Origin: Candidatus Levyibacteriota bacterium
GTDB taxonomy: Bacteria; Patescibacteriota; Microgenomatia; Levybacterales; UBA12049
Assembly: GCA_009695045.1 (NCBI GenBank)
Contig: SIBS01000001.1
Location: forward strand, 42,942 to 106,941
Direction of reading: 5' to 3'
DNA: 64,000 bases
Shown: positions 20,401-29,270 of the stretch, piece by piece
Layout: every line of letters starts with the position of its first letter
Numbering within the stretch: position 1 is the stretch's first letter
Made by a program: the position numbers and the translations under genes
The notes under the pieces: model-generated
Told to the model about the DNA's origin: nothing
Seen by the model: only the letters and a program-made list of their open reading frames with translations
Database searches by the model: none

Positions 20401-20472
20401 TATCGATTCAACTGCTTCTCTCTGTGAACTATTAAGAGAATTAAAGGAATCTTGATATTTTTTTGTGACCAT
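17425..20472 (-). CDS. UvrD/PcrA-type SF1 helicase fused to C-terminal PD-(D/E)xK nuclease
   Basis: AGPGTGKT, VDEHQDTN, VGDEKQAIFRFQGA, ENYRS, TVHKSKGLEF, YVALTRAR; C-terminal CPWKY, GKID, DFKTG, QLIFY, CxxxxCxxC. Confidence 0.92.
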   Translation of the reverse strand: MVTKKYQDSFNSLNSSQREAVESIEGPVMVVAGPGTGKTQVLTLRIANILLKTQVNPENILALTFTEAAALEMRKRLLSVIGQDAYRAEITTFHSFCNNFIKSNQEEFSHIIDSVSINEIEQLQIIEKCVMHLPLIILRPLGDKNYYFIHLIHAIGKLKSENVSPESFEYALENFKKDLDSFPDLFHEKGAHKGKMKSIYQKLYKDYEKNKELLLVFKEYQKKMFENKKYDYNDMLLEVIRKLTENSYLLQILQEKFQYFLVDEHQDTNAAQAKIVELLCNYFDSPNLFVVGDEKQAIFRFQGATLENFLYFKKIYPDAKLINLSENYRSTQTILDVAHAIILNNPKSTQILSESEGLIKKSIHQEEKIGIVELRSSDLEYFWIAEKINNLLVNNSTLGHNIAVLARKNKDIDSLISIFDSFKIQYIVESDSNILDDLDVQKLILLFRTLNEPLKNRDEFIKKALLLDCFNVHPLDAFKLIRGGYDNKISIWDIFKDKNFFKKLSIINKKEIDNFISFFIDEKNGLIKKSSNERFDKVFIDVLYNSGLINKILEKTHAQEILGRIMCLFDVAKEEVGKNSSFSLSSFIEYIDLIESNKLSIKRSSQINPDNIVRIMTVHKSKGLEFDYVFVINVFDGHWGNSRRKNITFNIPWSHLGLKLDGDIENDDNVDERRLFYVALTRARKNIFLSYSLLSQDGREQIPSQFISEIPIDLSENINVDKFEKNLLIHKEKMFNILISNNANSNIPTPFLREYISELFKRQGLSVSALNNFNECPWKYFFNNLIRIPEIIDDAGLFGNAIHFAINKYINSFKNGNTSKEILLGFFKDELLRQPILQKDFLTFLKKGTEALGKYYDEKMNGWNLNIESEVAINGIYINDNIFINGKIDMIAPINSNAFNVYDFKTGKPKSRNEIEGLTKSSSGNYKRQLIFYKILLDNFRDGFYKMKNGIIEFIEPDEGGRFKSESFVITDDEVSMLINQIIDTGEKIINLTFWNIKCSDDDCRYCILRSFIGK

Positions 20473-20602
20473 GTAATGGATATAATTTTAACATATAAAT
20501 ATAAGTTTATAAATCTATTGAAACTATATATGTCAAGTTTTGTATTATTAGCTTTATGCCATAGTTATTATAATAATATATCGCTATATTAATTTCTAAT
20601 TT

Positions 20603-20631
20603 TTGACTTTTAACTTATTTTTAACTACAAT
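20603..20631 (+). promoter_or_regulatory. sigma70 promoter of rnpB
   Basis: TTGACT (20603-20608), 17-nt spacer, TACAAT (20626-20631), ending 6 nt before the P1 helix. Confidence 0.8.
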
Positions 20632-20637
20632 GATTAT

Positions 20638-21021
20638 GTCCTGGGAAGAAGAATCGCTAGTCTATTCCTTAAAACATGGAATAGACAGGAAAGTCCAGAC
20701 AGGTATAAGGCCGGGGATGGAGCTAAAGCTCCAACGTATAATTCCGCATTAGCGGAAGAAGCGCTAGTATTTTGACTTTTTACCAACATGTGGAGTCAAA
20801 AACAAATCTTGAATTGACAAGATTTGAGAGTAACAGAAACGAGTTGGTCTGAAACGTGACAATCCTACCCGCTGCAACCTCCGAAAGGTACGTTATTATC
20901 ATGCTTTATGAGAGTACCAAGGAACGAGGGCACTTAGCTAAAAACTAAGCAGAATGATCTAATCATCATACTGAGATAGATTGCGATTAAAACAGAATCC
21001 GGCTTACTCTCTTCCCTGGAT
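20638..21021 (+). ncRNA. rnpB: RNase P RNA
   Basis: Conserved AGGAAAGTCC (20687-20696) and ACAGAATCCGGCTTA (20992-21006); P1 TCCtGGGAAGA/TCTTCCCtGGA; P2 AATCGC/GCGATT; P3 GTCTATTCC/GGAATAGAC. Confidence 0.93.
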
Positions 21022-21144
21022 ATTTTATCATATTTAAAAAGTAGACCATGATTAAGAATATTGTTATAATTAAATCTTAATTTAAAAAACAAGAATATAT
21101 TATTTGAAAAATCAAATAATTTACATTTTATCTCTAAAGATTTA

Positions 21145-21417
21145 TTATCTAATAACTTTTTTTAAAGTTTTCCCTGGAGTAAATCCTGGCGCTTTTCTAG
21201 CAGCTAATATAATTCTTTCGCCAGTTTTTGGATTTCTACCTGGCCTAGAAGCTCTCTTGCGAACACTAAATGTACCAAATCCAGTAATTACAACTTTTTC
21301 GCCTCTTTTTAATGAATCACGAATCGTATTAAGAAAAACTTGAACAGACTCTCGAGCTGCTTTATTGGTAAGATTAGCTTTTTTTGCTACAACGTCAATA
21401 ATATCTTTTTTTGTCAT
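21145..21417 (-). CDS. hup: DNA-binding protein HU
   Basis: GFGTFSVRKRASRPGRNPKTGE. Confidence 0.97.
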   Translation of the reverse strand: MTKKDIIDVVAKKANLTNKAARESVQVFLNTIRDSLKRGEKVVITGFGTFSVRKRASRPGRNPKTGERIILAARKAPGFTPGKTLKKVIR

Positions 21418-21458
21418 ATATTTTTATACCCTTAATTAAGATTAAGATACAATCTAAC

Positions 21459-22724
21459 TTAAGAAGTTGACTCTGGATACACAGAGCGAAATTCTCGAAT
21501 TGCTGTTACCTTAACCTCTCCAGGGACAGCTAGTGCTCGACTTACTTCTTCTTGAATTTTTCGAGACAAAACTATCGTACTTGCATCATCAAGTTTTCCA
21601 GGATTAATAATGACTCGCAATTCTCTTCCTGCTTCAAAAGCATATGCATCTTCAACGCCATCATATCTTTTGGCAATATTTTCCATTTCTTCTAATCTTT
21701 TAGCATATTCATTAAAATCTTCATATCTTGCACCTGGTCTTGCTCCAGAAATAGAATCAGCGATATGAACAATCACAGATTCTACTGATGAAAACGGCTT
21801 ATCTTCATGATGTTCCGCAACGCAATTAATAATAGCTTCTGGTATATTGAATCTCTTAAGTAATTCTACTCCCAATTTCACATGACTTCCATCACCTTCT
21901 ACTACCTTACCTATATCATGAAATAAACAACCAAGTCGAACGGTGTTCACGTCTGCTCCAATCTCTTGAGCAATATGTACGCCTATTTTAGTTTCTTCTA
22001 GTGTGTGGACTACTAGATTTTGACCATAAGAAGTTCTAAATTTAAATCTACCAAGAATTACTAAAAGCTCCGTTGGTAAATTAAATACTCCTGCATCGAA
22101 GGCAAGCTTTTGACCCTCCTCTAACATTACCTGTTCTACTTCTGCTTTTGTTTGATCAACAATCTCTTCAATTCTAAATGGTTGAACTCGTGTATCTTTT
22201 AATAATTTTTCTAATGCTCGCCTTGCTACTTCTCGCCTAACCTGATCAAATGACGAAAGTCGAATAATTCCCTCTTCATCTAAATCAATATCTACTCCCG
22301 TTGCCTTCTCAAAAGCACGAATATTTCGACCCTCCTTACCTATAATACGTCCTTTAATGTCTTCATCCTCTATTTTTACAACAGATACCGTATATTCAGC
22401 AATATAATTAAGCGCACCGTGACGCATACTATCCATTAATATTTCTTGAACTTTTTTATCTGCAGTTAGCTTGGCTTCTTCTTCTTTTTGTTTTATTATT
22501 CGCGCAACATGCTGAACTTCCGCCTCTTCTACTTCCTTAAAGAGAGATTGCTTTGCTTCTTCAGTAGTTAATCCAGCAATAGCCTGTAATTTATTGAGAT
22601 ATTCTTCTTTTTTTTCTTTAATATCTACTACTGCTTCATCGAGTTTTTCTTTCTCTTTATCAAGCTTATCTTGCTTTTCTAGAAGTTTTTTTTCTAATAT
22701 AAATATATCGTCTTGTGTTGCCAT
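21459..22724 (-). CDS. rny: Ribonuclease Y (no N-terminal TM helix)
   Basis: Coiled coil, KH domain KGRIIGKEGRNIR, RTSYGQN, HDIGK, HHE, ADSISGARPGAR. Confidence 0.95.
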   Translation of the reverse strand: MATQDDIFILEKKLLEKQDKLDKEKEKLDEAVVDIKEKKEEYLNKLQAIAGLTTEEAKQSLFKEVEEAEVQHVARIIKQKEEEAKLTADKKVQEILMDSMRHGALNYIAEYTVSVVKIEDEDIKGRIIGKEGRNIRAFEKATGVDIDLDEEGIIRLSSFDQVRREVARRALEKLLKDTRVQPFRIEEIVDQTKAEVEQVMLEEGQKLAFDAGVFNLPTELLVILGRFKFRTSYGQNLVVHTLEETKIGVHIAQEIGADVNTVRLGCLFHDIGKVVEGDGSHVKLGVELLKRFNIPEAIINCVAEHHEDKPFSSVESVIVHIADSISGARPGARYEDFNEYAKRLEEMENIAKRYDGVEDAYAFEAGRELRVIINPGKLDDASTIVLSRKIQEEVSRALAVPGEVKVTAIREFRSVYPESTS

Positions 22725-22836
22725 AACTTAAAAAGAAAAAACAAATCAATAAGTAAGATTATTACTTGCTTTTGGATGTGATTGAATTATCTAAATTATT
22801 CCAAAAACACATCATATGCTTTTTTCCTTAACTCTA

Positions 22837-23307
22837 TTATACCTCTTCACCATCCAAATCGTCAATGGCCTGGCGTATTATTTCATAATCGAATCCTTTT
22901 CGTTCTAAATATTGTGATAATTTTTCCTTAAGCTCTTTAAAAGGTATATTTTGCATTTTGTAAACACGTTTTTGAATAATTGCTTTTGCTGTTGCTAGCT
23001 GTGTTTCAGATGACTCAATTAGAGAAAGTACATTATTTATAATCTCAGTTGAGATGCCTTTTTCTCGAAGCTCTAATTTAATCAGTCGAGATCCTCTTGG
23101 TCTAAATGCATTCCTTTGATCAATCCACCATACAACAAATTTCTCGTCATTGATAAATCCTTTATCTTTGCATTCTTGAATAATTCTAGAAATAAATTCT
23201 GTAGGGGATTTTTTGCTAAAAAGATGATCTCTTACTTCTTTTTCAGATCGAGGCCTATATGAAAGAAAATTAAGAGTATTAGCAAAAAACTTTTCGTAAA
23301 TATCCAT
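22837..23307 (-). CDS. recX: Regulatory protein RecX
   Basis: LSYRPRSEKE, GFINDEKF, ELREKGI, RKGF; directly downstream of recA. Confidence 0.92.
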   Translation of the reverse strand: MDIYEKFFANTLNFLSYRPRSEKEVRDHLFSKKSPTEFISRIIQECKDKGFINDEKFVVWWIDQRNAFRPRGSRLIKLELREKGISTEIINNVLSLIESSETQLATAKAIIQKRVYKMQNIPFKELKEKLSQYLERKGFDYEIIRQAIDDLDGEEV

Positions 23308-23309
23308 TA

Positions 23310-24404
23310 CTACAGTTGCGAGGTATCTTCTTCTCCATCAACTCCAACTTCAACTGGCGTACCAGATATTTTTGTCTTATTCATAATTTCGGAGACAATT
23401 TTTTTTGATATATCTAAATGTTCCTTAAGATATATCACTGATGCTTGCTTACCTTGTCCAAGCATTAACTCTCCATAACGATAAAATGATCCCGACTTCT
23501 GCAAAACACCCATTTCTACTCCAACATCCATGATGGCACCTTCTCTAGAAAGGCCTTCTCCAATCATCACGTCAAATTCCGCAATACGAAATGGTGATGA
23601 CACTTTATTTTTTACAATTTTTACCCTATGTCTTGATCCAATAACTTTATCTCCATCTTTGAGTGTTTCAATTTTTCTAACATCCATTCTTACTGAGGCA
23701 TAAAATTTAAGAGCCAATCCACCTGTTGTAGTTTCTGGATTACCAAACATTATGCCAATTTTTTGACGTAATTGATTGGTAAAAATACATATAGTTTTGG
23801 ATTTAGAAATAACACCAGTAAGCTTTCTTAAAGCTTGAGACATAAGTCGAGCCTGAAGACCTATCATCGCGTCTCCCATTTCTCCCTCAATCTCTGCTCG
23901 AGGAACAAGAGCAGCAACAGAGTCAATTACTAATACGTCGACTCCGCCACTACGAATTAAACTTTCAGCAATTTCTAGAGCCTGCTCCCCAGTATCTGGC
24001 TGAGATATAAGTAAATCATCTAATTGTACGCCTATTGTTTGAGCCCATAATGGATCTAGTGCGTGCTCAGCATCAATGAATGCAGCAACTCCGCCTTCTT
24101 TTTGCGCTTCAGCAATAATTGAAAGACAAACAGTAGTTTTTCCTGATGCTTCTGGTCCATAAATTTCTATAATTCTTCCACGCGGAACACCACCAACACC
24201 AAGCGCTAAATCAATAGGAAGGCAACCAGTAGAAACTACTTGAATATCAAGCTTTCCATTTGAGTCTCCAAATCGCATAATAGAACCACGACCATACTGC
24301 TTTTCAATCTGATCCATTGCCATTTTTACTGCATCAAGTTTTTGAGAGCCATTTACAACTTGTCCTTGAGGAGTCTGCTTTAATACTGCTGCATGTTTTG
24401 CCAT
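23310..24404 (-). CDS. recA: Recombinase RecA
   Basis: [39 protein letters not shown]; ATG 24404 preferred over track start 24440. Confidence 0.99.
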   Translation of the reverse strand: MAKHAAVLKQTPQGQVVNGSQKLDAVKMAMDQIEKQYGRGSIMRFGDSNGKLDIQVVSTGCLPIDLALGVGGVPRGRIIEIYGPEASGKTTVCLSIIAEAQKEGGVAAFIDAEHALDPLWAQTIGVQLDDLLISQPDTGEQALEIAESLIRSGGVDVLVIDSVAALVPRAEIEGEMGDAMIGLQARLMSQALRKLTGVISKSKTICIFTNQLRQKIGIMFGNPETTTGGLALKFYASVRMDVRKIETLKDGDKVIGSRHRVKIVKNKVSSPFRIAEFDVMIGEGLSREGAIMDVGVEMGVLQKSGSFYRYGELMLGQGKQASVIYLKEHLDISKKIVSEIMNKTKISGTPVEVGVDGEEDTSQL

Positions 24405-24537
24405 CGAATCGAATATAACAAAATTTTTCGTAAAATACAAGAAGAAAATCCGATAATCATATTATTACTATTTAATTTTAGAATAGATTCAAAATTATCA
24501 TATTCATTTTATTAATATGATAAAATGAATATGATAC

Positions 24538-25704
24538 ATGAATAAAAAGATTATCATTTTTATAATTATATTTATTTGTATTTTTACACTAATAAAAAAA
24601 AGTAAAATCGGCAATTTTTTACCCGCTTTATTGCCAGCTAAAAATTATATAAATAAAAAGGCTATAAATTATAAAATACCATTAATACTTCCATATAAAT
24701 TTAAGATCGAAATCATTGCAAGCGGATTAGGAAAACCTCGCGATTTAGCTTTTTCAAAAAAAGGAACTCTTATCGCATCTCTTCAAGACAAAAATCTAAT
24801 TGCAGTCTTTGACAAGGATCATATAAATATTAAAGGAGGTAAAATTAAAAATATTATTAATAATTTAAACAATCCTCATGGACTAACATTTTATAAAGAC
24901 AAACTATATGTTGTAGAAGAAAATCAAGTTGTTAGATATATTTGGAATGAAGAATCAAAAACGGCTGTCAAAGAAAAAGTATTATTTGCATTGCCAAAAG
25001 GTGGCAACCATACTACAAGAACAATTGTTTTTAATAAAAAAGGGCAAATGTTTGTTTCTATTGGATCATCATGCAATGTATGTTTTGAAAATAATGAATG
25101 GCTGGCATCTATTATTGTGTCCGACGAAGAAGGAAATAATCCAAAAATTTGGGCTAAGGGTCTTCGAAATTCAACATTTATCATGATCAATCCAATAACC
25201 GATGAATTATGGGCAACGGAGATGGGGCGAGATATGCTAGGGGATAATATGCCTCCAGATGAAATAAATATTATCCGCGATAACAAGGATTATGGTTGGC
25301 CAATATGCTATAGCGATAAAATCTATGATATTAATTTCAATAAAAAATCAAGTGACTACTGCTTAAAAACACAATCACCAATTTACAATATTCCTGCTCA
25401 TTCAGCACCGCTTGGTCTTGTTTTTATAAATTCTAGGATGTTTCCAAAAGAATGGCAAGGAGACCTACTAGTTGCCTATCATGGTTCATGGAACAGATCA
25501 GATCCTAGTGGATATAAAGTGGTTCATCTTTATGTTAAAGGAGATAAAATTATAAAATCGGAAGATTTTATTACAGGATTCATGCAGAACGGTCAATTAA
25601 TTGGAAGACCAGTTGATTTAATTTTTGACAATGAAGGAAGTCTATTTATCTCTGATGACAAAGGTGGATTTATATATAAAGTGAGTAAAGATGAATTAAA
25701 TTAA
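24538..25704 (+). CDS. PQQ-dependent sugar/sorbosone dehydrogenase family beta-propeller, exported or anchored
   Basis: N-terminal hydrophobic segment; VSIGSSCN, GLRNS, EMGRD, PPDEIN, DYGWP, AHSAPLG, HGSWN, GRPVD. Confidence 0.88.
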   Translation: MNKKIIIFIIIFICIFTLIKKSKIGNFLPALLPAKNYINKKAINYKIPLILPYKFKIEIIASGLGKPRDLAFSKKGTLIASLQDKNLIAVFDKDHINIKGGKIKNIINNLNNPHGLTFYKDKLYVVEENQVVRYIWNEESKTAVKEKVLFALPKGGNHTTRTIVFNKKGQMFVSIGSSCNVCFENNEWLASIIVSDEEGNNPKIWAKGLRNSTFIMINPITDELWATEMGRDMLGDNMPPDEINIIRDNKDYGWPICYSDKIYDINFNKKSSDYCLKTQSPIYNIPAHSAPLGLVFINSRMFPKEWQGDLLVAYHGSWNRSDPSGYKVVHLYVKGDKIIKSEDFITGFMQNGQLIGRPVDLIFDNEGSLFISDDKGGFIYKVSKDELN

Positions 25705-25941
25705 ATCAATTAATTAACGATACAATTGGCATCATAGGAGAAATATTTTTTTCTAACCCTAATTATCCAATATTTATGAAACTTTTACTAAAATAGGATT
25801 GTTTATTATAAATAATAATTTTATAATTGACAATTTAAAAAAAATTAATATAAAAATAAAATTAGAAAATATAAATTTTAATATCAAATTGGATATTAAA
25901 TCATCAAAGACGCCCAAGAGGTGTTTTTTTATAATTATTAT

Positions 25942-26274
25942 ATGAGAAAAGGAAAACGAGAAGGCGAATTCAATGCAGGCCTTAAAAAACAAATAAAAAA
26001 ATGACAAAATGGTAAATCTAGATGCGGATGTGATCAAAAAGGTAAATTGACAATTCATCATGTAATCCCAGTTGCATTGGGTGGAGCTTATTTGAAATAA
26101 AATTCTATTGGACTAATTAAATCATGTCATGATCTCTTTGATGATATGGCATTAAATGAGCTTATGATTATGGATATGAAAAAAGGGGAATGGCATACAT
26201 TATATGAATATATTTCTCATTATCCAGAAAGTATAATTTCACATAATGACACTATTAAATTAGATAAATCTTAA
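25942..26274 (+). pseudogene. HNH endonuclease pseudogene
   Basis: Manual translation MRKGKREGEFNAGLKKQIKK*QNGKSRCGCDQKGKLTIHHVIPVALGGAYLK*NSIGLIKSCHDLFD...; stops at 26002-26004 (TGA) and 26098-26100 (TAA); HH-x-IP-x3-GG-x5-N...CH pattern. Confidence 0.8.
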
Positions 26275-26281
26275 CTTTTAT

Positions 26282-26303
26282 AAAAGGCGTCATATATGCG
26301 CCT
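26282..26303 (-). terminator. Hairpin, probable terminator after tRNA-Pro
   Basis: Minus strand AGGCGCA-TATA-TGACGCCT followed by a short T run. Confidence 0.5.
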
Positions 26304-26327
26304 ATCCCTTTTTTAAGATATCTATAT

Positions 26328-26401
26328 TGGTCGGGATGCGGGGAATCGAACCCAGACCTCACGGCCCCCAGCCGCGAATTCTACCACTAAACTACATCCC
26401 G
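26328..26401 (-). tRNA. tRNA-Pro (anticodon GGG), CCA encoded
   Basis: CGGGATG/CATCCCG acceptor stem, A discriminator + CCA, anticodon loop CT-GGG-GG, T-loop TTCGATT (one mismatch in the T stem). Confidence 0.93.
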
Positions 26402-26452
26402 AAACATATTTGCCCCCTATATATAAAACACACGACGCTAAAAAATAAAGAA

Positions 26453-27298
26453 TTACTTGCTCCAACGAGCATATATTCCCGTAGAAAGTAAACGATTGGA
26501 ATCTTTTTGTTCTATTACAAGCTCTCCTGATTCTATAACTCCTCCAAGATTCAAATCCATTAACATATTTTCTAAGGCAATAGAAGATGAACTAATTGCA
26601 TAAGCATTTATGATAATAAAGATGGGGGAGTCTGATAAAACTTTTCTACAACTTTCCAAAAGTATAGGAAAACTTTTATTAAAATCCCATTTCTCACCAC
26701 TTGGTCCATGCCCATATACTGGTGGATCCATTATGATCCCGTCATATTTTATCCCACGTCTTATTTCTCTTTCAACAAATTTTATTGCATCATCCAAAAT
26801 CCATCTAATTGGCTTATTTATAAGACTAGAAAGCGATTGATTTTCTTTTGCCCATGTAATACTTGGCGAAGAGGCATCTACGTGGGTTACGCTTGCACCT
26901 GCCGCAGCTGCGATAAGAGATGCAATTCCGGTGTAAGCAAATAAATTAAGAACATTAACTGGCCTACTTGTCTCTTTAATTTTTCTATCAATAAAGTCCC
27001 ATTGCAAATGCTGCTCTGGAAAAATACCAGTATGTTTAAATGGAGAAAGTTTTGCAAAAAAAGAAATATTTTTATATATCATTTTCCATTTTGTAAAGTT
27101 TTTATTTTTATTTAACCAACCATTTTCATTAAATAAGAAATCATAATTTTTCCAAATCTCAGAATCTAAACTAGGTTTCCAAATAATTTGTGGGTCAGGA
27201 CGAACAACTATATATTTTCCAAAACGCTCTAGTCTTAAGCAATTTCCTGAATCTAATAATTCATAATCAGTCCATCCGGGAGTTGATAATATTTTCAT
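26453..27298 (-). CDS. SAM-dependent methyltransferase (RlmI/RlmK-like, YwbD-type)
   Basis: YELLDSG, RLERFG, HTGIFPEQ, VLNLFAYTG, HVDAS, MDPP; ATG 27298 preferred (track 27307). Confidence 0.88.
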   Translation of the reverse strand: MKILSTPGWTDYELLDSGNCLRLERFGKYIVVRPDPQIIWKPSLDSEIWKNYDFLFNENGWLNKNKNFTKWKMIYKNISFFAKLSPFKHTGIFPEQHLQWDFIDRKIKETSRPVNVLNLFAYTGIASLIAAAAGASVTHVDASSPSITWAKENQSLSSLINKPIRWILDDAIKFVEREIRRGIKYDGIIMDPPVYGHGPSGEKWDFNKSFPILLESCRKVLSDSPIFIIINAYAISSSSIALENMLMDLNLGGVIESGELVIEQKDSNRLLSTGIYARWSK

Positions 27299-27688
27299 AA
27301 TTATCATCTTATCATACTTACAATAAATTACCTTAAAATATAAATATATATTATTTTAAGAATTAAATAATTAATAATTTTATAAATTATTAATTAACAT
27401 TAATCATAAAACTATAAGATATAATTTAATTATTAGCTAAGATACACGCTGAGTATAATAAAAATTAAATAAATTTGAATAAATAAACACTTTTATAATG
27501 AAAAACTTATATCCTCTTAACAAGTATTTATCAATTAAAGCTATATCGGTGCCAAACTAATGGGAAATAAGGATATCGATATTTTTATATTAGCGTATTT
27601 TATCAAAAAATAATTTTTACTCAATAATTTACATAGAACATAGTAAAACTAAATTAAGAGAATAAAAAAAGACAATAAATAAATATTA

Positions 27689-28189
27689 TTATCTTTTTGG
27701 AGACTGCTTTTTGCGACGAGCCTTGCCACCAGTGCCAACTTTTCGACGTTCTCTAATACGAGAATCTCTTGTAAGAAATCCTTTCTTCTTAAGAACTGGT
27801 CGGAATTCCTCTACATTTATTTTATTCAAAGCTCTAGCAATTCCATGCAGTAAGGCATCTAGTTGACCTTTTTTTCCTCCACCCTCCACCTTAACCGTTA
27901 TCATATATTTTCCAAGAGTATTGGTGATTCGTAATGGTTCTTCATAAACAGCTTTAGCAAAAGGGCTATTAAAATACATTCCTATTGGTTGTTGATTAAC
28001 TAAAATAGATCCTTTTTCTACCTGTTCTTTTCCCCATATAATTGGGTCAATTAAGTCTTCATTATGTATACGTACACGAGCAACTGCTGACTTTCTTCTT
28101 CCCACAGCAAATATATAGTTTTTTGAAGTTAATATCTTTGGTTTTTTTTCTTCGTTTCTTTTTAATATATCTTTTATTAATCTTGCCAT
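27689..28189 (-). CDS. rpsI: 30S ribosomal protein S9
   Basis: GRRKSAVARV, GGGKKGQ, LTRDSRIRERRK, QSPKR. Confidence 0.97.
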   Translation of the reverse strand: MARLIKDILKRNEEKKPKILTSKNYIFAVGRRKSAVARVRIHNEDLIDPIIWGKEQVEKGSILVNQQPIGMYFNSPFAKAVYEEPLRITNTLGKYMITVKVEGGGKKGQLDALLHGIARALNKINVEEFRPVLKKKGFLTRDSRIRERRKVGTGGKARRKKQSPKR

Positions 28190-28216
28190 AATATTATATT
28201 CTATTATACTCTAATT

Positions 28217-28666
28217 TTATTCAGATTTTTCTTTTATATTTTTATTAAATTTATCTGCATAGGAATGCTCTTCATCATTAAAAACATGTAACCGAATAAG
28301 CATTTTATCTCGAAGTTTATTTTGCGGCAACATTCCCTTTACGGCATGTGTAATTATATCTTCAGGCTTTCTAAGCCTAAGCTTCTCTAATGTTTCCTGA
28401 GATAATCCTCCGGGATATCCAGAATAACGATAATATATTTTTTGCTTTTCCTTTTTACCTGTAACTTTTACATCCCTAGCATTAATAACAACTACATAGT
28501 CACCACAATCAAGATTTCTTACAAAATACTCTTTTGACTTACCCATAAGAAGTTTTGCAATTTCAGTTGATATTCTTCCAAGTGTTTTCCCCTTAAGATC
28601 AATTAAATGCCATTTTCTAATAATCTCTCCTGCCTTAGTAGATATTGTCGTTTTCGTAGTACTCAT
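28217..28666 (-). CDS. rplM: 50S ribosomal protein L13
   Basis: WHLID, LGRIST, DCGDYVVVINA, SGYPGG, GMLP. Confidence 0.98.
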   Translation of the reverse strand: MSTTKTTISTKAGEIIRKWHLIDLKGKTLGRISTEIAKLLMGKSKEYFVRNLDCGDYVVVINARDVKVTGKKEKQKIYYRYSGYPGGLSQETLEKLRLRKPEDIITHAVKGMLPQNKLRDKMLIRLHVFNDEEHSYADKFNKNIKEKSE

Positions 28667-29202
28667 TTATTATCTCCTTTTTTCACACTAGAGGACTTAA
28701 TATTATTTTCTTTTTTGAGTGTTTTATTTTTTACTTTAACTTTTTCTTCTACTACAATTACTGCATCTACTACGTCTTCTTTTTTATTTTTAATTTTCAA
28801 TTTTGACGATTTAGAAATTTTTGGAAACTGAACAATTCGCGAAGTATCTCTTGCCTCTGTCCACTCCATAATTGCCATCTGGGCATTATCTGCAACCCTT
28901 CTTATAGTTCTAAGTATGCGCGTATATCCACCCTGTCTATTTATAAAACGAGGGGCAATATCATTTAGTAACTTATCTATAGCATCTGATCTTAAATGTT
29001 TTCTCATTTGATCTGCAATATTTGTTCCACCTTTTTTTGCCTTTGTTACTAACTTATCAGCTCGGGCTTTTATAGCTTTTGCTTTATGTTCAGTAGTTTG
29101 AATTCTTTCTTCAATTACCAAAGATGTAAGTAACCCTTTAAAAAGAGCTTTTCTCTCGTCAATATCTCTCTTAAATTTTCTTCCAAAAATTTTTTTCTTC
29201 AT
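28663..29202 (-). CDS. rplQ: 50S ribosomal protein L17 with charged C-terminal extension
   Basis: ERIQTTEHKAK, RQGGYTRI, DNAQMA. Confidence 0.96.
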   Translation of the reverse strand: MKKKIFGRKFKRDIDERKALFKGLLTSLVIEERIQTTEHKAKAIKARADKLVTKAKKGGTNIADQMRKHLRSDAIDKLLNDIAPRFINRQGGYTRILRTIRRVADNAQMAIMEWTEARDTSRIVQFPKISKSSKLKIKNKKEDVVDAVIVVEEKVKVKNKTLKKENNIKSSSVKKGDNK

Positions 29203-29213
29203 AATACAATAAG

Positions 29214-29244
29214 TGGCATGTACTCACCCTGTAGTTACATGCCA
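29214..29244 (-). promoter_or_regulatory. Hairpin between rpoA and rplQ
   Basis: Perfect 9-bp inverted repeat TGGCATGTA/TACATGCCA, 11 nt upstream of the rplQ ATG. Confidence 0.55.
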
Positions 29245-29270
29245 ATAAATAAACTTGTGGAACTATTATC

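Noticed and set aside
21051-21081. AT-rich inverted repeat ATTAAGA/TCTTAAT between the convergent rnpB and hup genes
   Set aside because: Weak stem with a long loop. It may be a terminator but is not distinguishable from chance in this base composition.
2616-26004. In-frame TGA codons in two genes, both in TGA-CAA context, as evidence for code 25/4 or selenocysteine
   Set aside because: TGA terminates conserved genes here (infA, rplN), Trp is encoded by TGG, and each gene has a second lesion (a frameshift or TAA). I saw no SECIS-like hairpin.
25774-26061. Track ORF of 95 aa, F/I/L-rich, on the minus strand
   Set aside because: Low-complexity product of AT-rich DNA, antisense to the HNH pseudogene.
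26328-26401. T-stem mismatch suggesting a tRNA pseudogene
   Set aside because: The other arms, Pro identity elements and CCA are intact, and a single mismatch is commonly tolerated.
27315-27688. About 370-bp very AT-rich spacer as a replication origin, ncRNA or gene remnant
   Set aside because: I could not see clustered DnaA boxes, stable stems, repeats or a recognisable reading frame.
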